In this document: one piece after another, positions 36,925 to 44,064 of the stretch | How the letters are laid out: each line of letters begins with the position of its first letter | How positions within the stretch are numbered: position 1 is the first letter of the stretch | Source: Acidobacteriaceae bacterium | GTDB taxonomy: Bacteria > Acidobacteriota > Terriglobia > Terriglobales > Acidobacteriaceae | Direction: 5' to 3' | Length of the DNA: 44,064 bases | Assembly (NCBI GenBank): GCA_030838385.1 | Contig: JAUTWX010000158.1 | Coordinates: 1-44,064 of the forward strand | Position numbers and translations under genes: made by a program | The notes under the pieces: generated by a model | Told to the model about the DNA's origin: nothing | What the model saw: only the letters and a program-made list of their open reading frames with translations | The model's database searches: none

Positions 36925-37463
36925 GGGAGAACGACGATGGTGGCGCGGACGGGCTCTGCGCCGGGTACTTGAAGCTGAATCGAATGGATGCCGGGACGGC
37001 TGGGCTGCAGTGCAATGCTGGCGGTCGCTGGAGAACCGGTTGCAGGAAAGGTGTAGGTGATGCCGCCGGGGCCGATCTCGGAAAGCGTGGGTTGCGGAAT
37101 GATGCGTTGCGCGCCCAGTTCCTTCACGATGGTATCGCTGGAGAAGAGATGGACCTTCCGGTTATGCAGCGCAGACGGGCCAAATTCGACGATCAAATTT
37201 GATGGCGTGCCGGTGCGCTCAATACGTTCATAGCGCAGGCGGAGTGTGCCGTCCGCAGTGTGACGCTCGCCGCGAGCAAGCCAGCCACGTCCGAAGGCGC
37301 CGAGTGCGTCGGCGACGAGCACAAGGGCGAGCAGAAACCAGGCTGCTTTCTCGAAGCGCCACCAGCGACGCTGAAAATCGAGGTCTTCGCCAACAGACAC
37401 TGCATTGTCCACGCGAGGGATCTGGTCGAGGACGCGCTCGGCGAGGGGCTGGCCGGATGACAT
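36921..37463 (-). CDS. Hypothetical membrane-anchored protein with a beta-rich soluble domain
   Basis: EDLDFQRRWWRFEK.AW then a TM helix; LRYERIER; ATGA overlap with the downstream DUF421 gene. Confidence 0.75.
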   Translation of the reverse strand: MSSGQPLAERVLDQIPRVDNAVSVGEDLDFQRRWWRFEKAAWFLLALVLVADALGAFGRGWLARGERHTADGTLRLRYERIERTGTPSNLIVEFGPSALHNRKVHLFSSDTIVKELGAQRIIPQPTLSEIGPGGITYTFPATGSPATASIALQPSRPGIHSIQLQVPGAEPVRATIVVLP

Positions 37464-37469
37464 ACGAAA

Positions 37470-37919
37470 CTACTCCTGTTGCTTGATGATGCTGATATCG
37501 CCATTCCGCTCGAGGGTGGCGGTGTGGATGTCGGAAAGTGTGCGGACGTTACGGTCGCGGGCCATAGCCATCACATCGTCCTGAGAGATGCCCATGAGTC
37601 GCATGGTCTGCGAGCGCCAGTAGCCACCCTCGAGCAGCACGAGCGGTGTGCCATCGAGAACCCTGGCAATGCGCGGGAAACGGGCGCGGGTTGCGGTGAT
37701 GATCCAGTGGACGCCGGCGACGGTCATGATCTGGCAGACCGCGTTGGTCATGGAAAGCTCATCGCCGACCATGCCGGTGAGCGTGAGGCCGCCGAGATAG
37801 AAGACGAGTACGAATTCGAACGGAGTGAGCTGCTTGCCGGGACGGCGGCCCACGATGCGAACGATAAAGATAAGAAAGCAATAACCCCAAACGGCTCGGA
37901 GGATCGTCAGCAATGCCAT
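37470..37919 (-). CDS. DUF421/YetF-family membrane protein (paralogue 1)
   Basis: GRR..KQLTPFEFVL, LDGTPLVL, ATLERNGDISII. Confidence 0.85.
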   Translation of the reverse strand: MALLTILRAVWGYCFLIFIVRIVGRRPGKQLTPFEFVLVFYLGGLTLTGMVGDELSMTNAVCQIMTVAGVHWIITATRARFPRIARVLDGTPLVLLEGGYWRSQTMRLMGISQDDVMAMARDRNVRTLSDIHTATLERNGDISIIKQQE

Positions 37920-38220
37920 GATCGTGAGCTTCCCCCGGAAATCCGCCGCCGGCAAAGGAGGCGAGCGGTGAATGCGCTGCGCTCGATTCCGAGGCAGGCG
38001 CTAATCCAGTCTGATGCCGACGCGCAGATGCGGAGTTGGACTTAAGTGGCGCGGCGCAAAACGACGCCGGTGGTATTGTGCAGTCCTGCGCAATATAGAA
38101 GCAGTTCGTCGCAGTGAATGTTTTATTTCACGAAAGTGTTTATGGATGATTTCGACGTAGCAGTGCTCTGATGGGGTACTTGTGTGACCGCGATGGTGGA
38201 CCGGAGGATCGAGAGGCGGC

Positions 38221-39795
38221 TTATTTTTTATGCAACATATCTTGCGTTATTTCTGGCTGCTTGGCCGTGCCCGTTACGGCGACGGAAACGATGGCGCCCG
38301 CATCGTTGTGGCGAAAGAAAGGGATCAGCGGCTTGAGAAACGCTGATTTCCATCCCGTTGCAGCGCGAGAGATGTCCCGCTGAAGGTCGGCCTTCCCGGT
38401 GAAGTGAATGCGGGTGTCCAGGAGGTTGAAGGTACCGTGCAGGTGCGCGTCCGCGCCGGGAAAGGTGAGGTGAATGTCGGGAAAGTATGCCGTGCCTTCA
38501 TGGAAAGTGGTCGACGACGAGGCGGTTGCTGTCACTTGAGGAGGATCAGTCTTAGAACCGCCGGGAGGGTCTTTTTGCACGCGCGCGGCGAAGGCGTTCA
38601 TGTCATGCTGCCTGTCGGGCTTTAAAAGGCTTACCTGAGCGAGTGACACTTCTCCTTTGAGACCAAGCCGTTGAAGAAACTTCCCTGGGCCGTTGTTCAG
38701 ATTGACCGCGGCGTGAAAGCTGACCTTGCCGACGATGGATGGGTCGTCGTGCTCGACGATTTTCAGCAGGTCCTGGACGCGGCTGTCTTTCGTTGCAATG
38801 GTGAGATTGACTTTGTTTGGCTTGCCCACGACGGAACCGCTTGCGGTAATAAGATTTTCGCCGGTCCTTACCTCCGTATCCTGGATCTCTACATCGCCGT
38901 TGGTGCCGTTCACCAGGACGCGATAAGCCGCATCCAACCGCACCCTATGCGCGGACGCGGCACGGAAGTCAGGAATGGCGACCTGGCCGAAGGTCTCGAT
39001 GCCGGAGAAGGTCCCGCTGTAGCGCCCACTGGCTGACGCATGGCCGGAGATGCCATGCACTTGACTTAGGTCCGCATTCTGCAGCGAATAGGTCCCCGAG
39101 AGAGGGGTGGCACCGTAATCATTTGTGCGGAATGGCCCGATTGAACCGTTGGCGAGGACGACCCCCTGCGGCCTCGGGATCAACACGCGCGCGAAGAAGC
39201 TGAGTGGCTGGCCCTGATGCACGTTGTGGATCTGAAGCAGGGGGAACTGAAGGCGCAGCGGAGGCGCGCCGTTCTCTCCAAGAGAATCGAGGGTGGTCCC
39301 GTCGGCAACGATGGTCTCAATCTCAATCGTCTGCTCAGAAGAAGCGACCACACCCTCGTTGAAGTCCAACCCGCGCGCCTTAGTCCCGGGCGGCGGAATC
39401 CGCACATGAAGGCCGCCCAGCCGAATCTCGTACAGTTGGTGAGGATGAAAGATCAGGTTTGTCCACGTGCCGACAACCGTCATGCGATCGAGCGTCGCCA
39501 GGGGCGGGATCTGCGTATCACCGTGGCGATAGAAGGTAACGTCCTCGGCCACGTAGCCCGGGTGAGGGAAATAGGTTCGATGGTAGCGTTTCACCGTTAC
39601 CTTGCTGCGAAAGGTGTGCTCCAAGAGAGGATGCACTTCCCGGTAGCGGAAGGGCCAGTAGGTGAGCATCACTTGAACGCCTACCAGCGCGAGCACAAAC
39701 AGGGCGAGAAATGCCAGCTCGATGACGTGGCGCCTGTGCTTCCACGACGTGGTGCGCCGTTGTTTCGCTGCGATAGAAGGTGGGCTACTGGCCAT
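38221..39795 (-). CDS. AsmA-like (repeating beta-groove) protein
   Basis: N-terminal TM anchor, long beta-rich periplasmic body, C-terminal V.VTGT..P; AGGAG SD. Confidence 0.7.
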   Translation of the reverse strand: MASSPPSIAAKQRRTTSWKHRRHVIELAFLALFVLALVGVQVMLTYWPFRYREVHPLLEHTFRSKVTVKRYHRTYFPHPGYVAEDVTFYRHGDTQIPPLATLDRMTVVGTWTNLIFHPHQLYEIRLGGLHVRIPPPGTKARGLDFNEGVVASSEQTIEIETIVADGTTLDSLGENGAPPLRLQFPLLQIHNVHQGQPLSFFARVLIPRPQGVVLANGSIGPFRTNDYGATPLSGTYSLQNADLSQVHGISGHASASGRYSGTFSGIETFGQVAIPDFRAASAHRVRLDAAYRVLVNGTNGDVEIQDTEVRTGENLITASGSVVGKPNKVNLTIATKDSRVQDLLKIVEHDDPSIVGKVSFHAAVNLNNGPGKFLQRLGLKGEVSLAQVSLLKPDRQHDMNAFAARVQKDPPGGSKTDPPQVTATASSSTTFHEGTAYFPDIHLTFPGADAHLHGTFNLLDTRIHFTGKADLQRDISRAATGWKSAFLKPLIPFFRHNDAGAIVSVAVTGTAKQPEITQDMLHKK

Positions 39796-39895
39796 TGCCT
39801 GCGCTCCTAGACTACGACTATCGAACGCAGATGGCCTGTCTCGCAGCCTGGTTGTCCCTCCTTCATTGTTCGGTAACTACCCAATGGTGAGATAA

Positions 39896-41077
39896 CTAGC
39901 GGCTGTACTGCGTGTCGTCGCGTTCGGCGCGGCGCTCCAGCGCCAGCTCGATGAGGCGGTCGATCAGATCGGAGTACTTGAGGCCGGAGGCCTCCCATAG
40001 CTTGGGATACATGCTGATGGAGGTGAAGCCGGGCATGGTGTTGATCTCGTTCAGATAGAGGCGGCCCGGCTTGCCGGTGCGGCCTTCCGGCTCAAGCAGG
40101 AAATCGACGCGCGCCAGCCCGGAGCAGTCGCAGGCGTGGAAGGCGGCGATGGCCATCTCGCGGACGTCCTTCGTCTGCGCCTTGCTGAGCCGTGCCGGAA
40201 TGATGGGGAGGGACGCGTCGCTCTCGTATTTGGCTTCGTAGTCGTAGAACTCCTTGGCGGGCACGATCTCGCCGACGACGGAGGCTTTCGGGTCGTCGTT
40301 GCCGAGGACGGCGACTTCGAGCTCGCGGGCGCGCTCTGCGGGTTTGTTCTTTGTGGCCTTGCCGCCGACGCCCTGCTCGATGATGATCTTGCGATCGTAG
40401 CTGGCGGCGAGCACGATGGCGGGCGCGAGCTCAGAGCGGTCATGGACCTTGGAGATGCCAACGGACGAGCCGAGGTTCGCAGGTTTGACGAAGAGCGGAT
40501 AGCGGAGGCTGGCTTCGATCTCCGCGATGGCCTTGCGCGGCGATTTTTGCCAGGCGCCGCGGAGCAGCGTGACGTGCTCGACGATGGGAAGTCCGGCGGC
40601 GGCGAAGAGACGCTTCATCACATCCTTGTCCATGCCCGCGGCGGAGCCGAGAACGCCGGAGCCGACATAGGCCTTGCCGGCGAGCTCGAAGAGTCCCTGG
40701 ATGGTGCCGTCTTCGCCGAAGGTGCCGTGCAGCACGGGAAAGAGGACATCGACGCCGAGCGCCTGGGCCTGGCTCTGTTCTTTTGCAGCCGCGGGCACAT
40801 GCAGCAGGCCTGCGGGATGCGCGGCGGGCACGAGCGCGCTGGGATGTGCGGAGCGGGTTTTCGCGATGCTGGTAGCTGTAACGGTGGTGCCGCCGGCGAG
40901 CATGTGCTGCGCCTCGTCGGCGAGCAGCCAGTGCCCGGTTTTTGCGATACCGATGGGGACGACGTCATATTTCCTTTTGTCGATAGCGGCAAGCACGGAG
41001 GCGGCGGAGCGCAGCGAGACTTCGTGCTCGCCCGAGCGACCGCCAAAGACGATTCCAACGCGGAGTTTCCGGGGCAT
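39896..41077 (-). CDS. ddl: D-alanine--D-alanine ligase
   Basis: FGGRSGEHEVSL.SA, FPVLHGTFGEDG, KPANLGSSVG, FYDYEAKY, NEINTMPGFT..SMYP. Confidence 0.97.
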   Translation of the reverse strand: MPRKLRVGIVFGGRSGEHEVSLRSAASVLAAIDKRKYDVVPIGIAKTGHWLLADEAQHMLAGGTTVTATSIAKTRSAHPSALVPAAHPAGLLHVPAAAKEQSQAQALGVDVLFPVLHGTFGEDGTIQGLFELAGKAYVGSGVLGSAAGMDKDVMKRLFAAAGLPIVEHVTLLRGAWQKSPRKAIAEIEASLRYPLFVKPANLGSSVGISKVHDRSELAPAIVLAASYDRKIIIEQGVGGKATKNKPAERARELEVAVLGNDDPKASVVGEIVPAKEFYDYEAKYESDASLPIIPARLSKAQTKDVREMAIAAFHACDCSGLARVDFLLEPEGRTGKPGRLYLNEINTMPGFTSISMYPKLWEASGLKYSDLIDRLIELALERRAERDDTQYSR

Positions 41078-41262
41078 AGGTGTGGCCAGTCTATCTCTGT
41101 GATCGCACGAGCGTCAGTGACGCGAAATGGTGAGGTATATGGCGTGGCACTACAGGGAGGCGCGGTGCTGAGAACCATGGCTGAGACGGCGACGCGCGAC
41201 GGCTGCCGCTGCTGCGTGCGGCGGCGTAATATGTTGGCGACGGACGAGGGGGAACGTTTTCC

Positions 41263-43107
41263 ATGGGCAATCTGACACGCCGCCGCTTTGTGCAGAACAG
41301 TCTGCTGACGGGCGGAGCACTGGCGGTGCCGCGTGGTGTGATGGCGTCCGGTGCGGCGACACCGCCGAGGCAGACGCGGCTTTCGCAGGTGGGCTATGAG
41401 CAGGTGCGACTGCTGGATGGGCCGCTGCGCGAGCAGTTCGATCGCAACCATGCATTCTTTCTCGCGCTGAGTGAGGACAGCCTGTTGAAGCCCTTCCGGC
41501 AGAAGGCGGGGCTGCCGGCGCCGGGCGAGGACATGGGCGGCTGGTACACCTTCTATGCCGACTTCAGTCCGAAGGGACCGTTCCATGGCTACATTCCCGG
41601 GCACAGCTTCGGGCAATACCTCTCCGGGCTGGCGCGTGCGTATGCGCAGACAGGGTCGAAGCCGACACAGCAAAAGGTGCATCGGCTGGTGGATGGATTT
41701 TCTAAGACGGTCACGCCGAAGTTTTATGTCGACTATCACCTGCCCGCGTACACCTTCGACAAGACGTGCTGCGGGCTGATCGATGCGCACGCGTTCGCGC
41801 AGGATCCGGTCGCGATGCGCGCGTTGGGACCGGCGACGGACGCGGTGATTCCCTTCCTGCCCGGGCGTGCGCTGAACCGCAAGGAGATGTATGCACGTCC
41901 GCACAAGGACGATGCCTACTGCTGGGACGAGACCTACACCCTGCCGGAGAACCTGTTTCTCGCGTATCAGCGCAGCGGCGAGGCGCGCTATCGCGCGATG
42001 GCGAAGCAGTACATCGAGGATGAAAGCTGGTTTGCGCCGCTCTCCGAAGACCAGAACGTGCTGCCCGGCCAGCACGCATACAGTCACCTGAATTCGCTCT
42101 GCTCCGCGATGCAGTCCTACCTGAACCTGAATGACGAGCGCTACCTGCGGGCGGCGCGCAACGGCTTCCGGATGATCGAGGAGCAGAGCTTTGCAACCGG
42201 GGGCTGGGGTCCGAACGAGACATTCGTCAAGCCGGGCAGCACTACGCTGGCGGAAAGTTTAACCAAGACGCACGCAAGCTTTGAGACGCCGTGCGGCGCG
42301 TATGGACACTTCAAGATCACGCGGTACCTTTTGCTGGAGACGGCGGACAGCCGCTATGGCGACAGCATGGAGCGGGTACTCTACAACACCATTCTGGGCG
42401 CGAAGCCGCTCGAGCCGGACGGGACCAGTTTTTACTATTCGGATTACAACGACAAGGCGCAGAAGAGCTATCACGAGGACAAGTGGCCCTGCTGTTCGGG
42501 GACCTTTCCGCAGATGACGGCGGACTACGGCATCAGCGCGTACATGCGGCACGGCCCGGATGTGTACGTGAACCTGTACGTGCCGTCGGAGCTGCGCTGG
42601 CGGCAGGGCGGCGCGGCATGTGCGATGACGCAGACGACGGAGTATCCTGCATCATCGCAGAGTACGATGGTGCTGACGCTCGACAGGCCGCAGAGCTTTG
42701 CCGTGCTGCTGCGCATTCCGCAATGGGCGGGGCCGAAGACGCGCATTGCGGTGAACGGACGCGCTGTAGATGCGGCGGTGCAGCCGGGGACGTTCGCGAG
42801 CATCCAGCGCACGTGGAAGAGCGGCGACCACATCGAGCTGGAGCTGGATATGCCGCTGCGGCTGGAGCCAATTCCCTATCAGCAGGCAGGCGGCCAGCGC
42901 GTGGCGTTGATGCATGGACCTGTGGCGCTGTTTGCGGTTGACGATCTGACTGCGTCGGTCACACGCGCGCAATTGCTGGCGGCGGAGCGGGTGTCGCGGA
43001 GCAGCGCAGACTGGAGAGTCGCGACTGCTGCTCAACCATTGACGTTGCGGCCGTTTGCCGCGATCGGCGATGAACACTACCGGCTGTATCAGACGATCAC
43101 GGCTTAG
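41263..43107 (+). CDS. Tat-exported GH127-like beta-L-arabinofuranosidase
   Basis: LTRRRFV Tat motif; GHSFGQYLS, HAYSH, ETPCG, ERVLYN, CCSGT, LRIP.W. Confidence 0.85.
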   Translation: MGNLTRRRFVQNSLLTGGALAVPRGVMASGAATPPRQTRLSQVGYEQVRLLDGPLREQFDRNHAFFLALSEDSLLKPFRQKAGLPAPGEDMGGWYTFYADFSPKGPFHGYIPGHSFGQYLSGLARAYAQTGSKPTQQKVHRLVDGFSKTVTPKFYVDYHLPAYTFDKTCCGLIDAHAFAQDPVAMRALGPATDAVIPFLPGRALNRKEMYARPHKDDAYCWDETYTLPENLFLAYQRSGEARYRAMAKQYIEDESWFAPLSEDQNVLPGQHAYSHLNSLCSAMQSYLNLNDERYLRAARNGFRMIEEQSFATGGWGPNETFVKPGSTTLAESLTKTHASFETPCGAYGHFKITRYLLLETADSRYGDSMERVLYNTILGAKPLEPDGTSFYYSDYNDKAQKSYHEDKWPCCSGTFPQMTADYGISAYMRHGPDVYVNLYVPSELRWRQGGAACAMTQTTEYPASSQSTMVLTLDRPQSFAVLLRIPQWAGPKTRIAVNGRAVDAAVQPGTFASIQRTWKSGDHIELELDMPLRLEPIPYQQAGGQRVALMHGPVALFAVDDLTASVTRAQLLAAERVSRSSADWRVATAAQPLTLRPFAAIGDEHYRLYQTITA

Positions 43108-44064
43108 TTCGGGACGGGAGCACTGGTGAAGCGCTTCAGCGGATGCGCTTCGGTGTTGAAGACGAACTTCTGCCAGTTGACGGTGTCGCGCGAGGCATAG
43201 AGGAGATAGAGGTACTTGAGCGTCTCCGCGAAGAAGAAGCTCTCCATCTCATCCTTCTGTTGCTTGGTGCGCACGTCGGTGAGTGCGGCGTAGCCGTCGG
43301 GTGTGCGGCACCAGCGGACGAGCGAATCGAAGTAGTCCTGACCCATGTGCAGGTAGATGGGATCGCCGGTGAGGTGGTGCAGGTAGTAGGTGGACTCGAT
43401 GATCTCGGGACGCAGCGGGTAGCCGGCGTTGGGCGCGGCGAGCCGGATGTAGTCGAGTGTGTCGGGTTCGATGCCGTAGAGCGTCCACATCTGGAAGCTG
43501 GAGCGCTGCAGCGCTTCGGCGCGCGGCAGGTCGCCCGCGAGCGCGAGCACCGCGGGAAAGAAGGCATCGAGCGCGCCGTACTCATGCGTGGTGCGTGCGC
43601 CGGTGCGCATGTCGGCCTGTCCGTACCAGAGGCCGAGGCGCGTCTGCTCAGCGAGATATTTATTGATAGCGACGATGCTCTTCTGCCACATCTCCAGGCA
43701 GTCGCGGTCGCCGAAGAGCAGCCAGCTCTTGAGCAGGTATTCGTCGAAGGAGTCGATGCCGCCGCTGATGGTGGCGGTGGAGTCGGTCCAGTCGCCGGTT
43801 TCGACGTTGATGCCGAGTCCCACCAGGTCCAATGAAGACCGGCGCTTCCATAGTTCGGTCATGGCTTGCTTGGCGGCGTTGTAGTAGACGGGGTCGCCGG
43901 TGAGTTTGGAAAGCGTGCCGAACTCCGGCAGTAGCGCGACCTCGGCTGGGTTGGTGACTTCGCCGCGCACCTTGCCGGTGCGCAGGTTCACAAATTCGTA
44001 AGGCATGCCGGTGGGCGAGCGGAAGGCGGGCAGCAGGCGCCGGCCCAGGTCCGTGGCGAGCTTG
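43104..44064 (-). CDS. GH47 alpha-1,2-mannosidase, 5' part outside the window
   Basis: PTGMPY..VNL, GIDSF.EYLLK, YPLRPEIIES, MESFFFAETLKYLYL, FNTEAHP. Confidence 0.9.
   Translation of the reverse strand, partial: KLATDLGRRLLPAFRSPTGMPYEFVNLRTGKVRGEVTNPAEVALLPEFGTLSKLTGDPVYYNAAKQAMTELWKRRSSLDLVGLGINVETGDWTDSTATISGGIDSFDEYLLKSWLLFGDRDCLEMWQKSIVAINKYLAEQTRLGLWYGQADMRTGARTTHEYGALDAFFPAVLALAGDLPRAEALQRSSFQMWTLYGIEPDTLDYIRLAAPNAGYPLRPEIIESTYYLHHLTGDPIYLHMGQDYFDSLVRWCRTPDGYAALTDVRTKQQKDEMESFFFAETLKYLYLLYASRDTVNWQKFVFNTEAHPLKRFTSAPVPN

Overview
GC-rich bacterial chromosomal segment. Gene content (ADOP-type duplicated permease, Tat-exported GH79/GH127, carboxypeptidase-domain TonB receptor, GH47) points to Acidobacteriota; this is inference, not a search result. 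Core genes: lptD-dsbA-surA, a GlgM-type glgA, sthA plus a ROK protein, thiE-like, yceD-rpmF-plsX-fabD, ddl. Accessory material: (i) 11.6-14.2 kb: a stand-alone HNH nuclease resembling the ZRANB3 HNH domain, five TAA-N19-TTA dyad sites, a DUF1778/GNAT toxin-antitoxin pair with its promoter/operator, and a decayed IS1595-family transposase; (ii) a small lower-GC islet at 18.0-18.8 kb preceded by a nested double palindrome; (iii) a decaying SDR-SRPBCC-Zn-dehydrogenase cluster; (iv) a TonB receptor with two tandem DtxR/MntR-like boxes; (v) a DUF421-membrane protein-DUF421-MFS module. Dispersed non-coding elements: a 116-bp MITE-like element (2 copies, each starting at a TAG stop), a GCTTTTC-N6-GAAAAGC stem-loop (4 copies, 2 inside the MITEs) and a GCAGGTCCTTC...GGATGAC REP-like family. 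I recognised no tRNA, rRNA or CRISPR array. Family assignments come from motif recognition; alignments and counts were done by hand.
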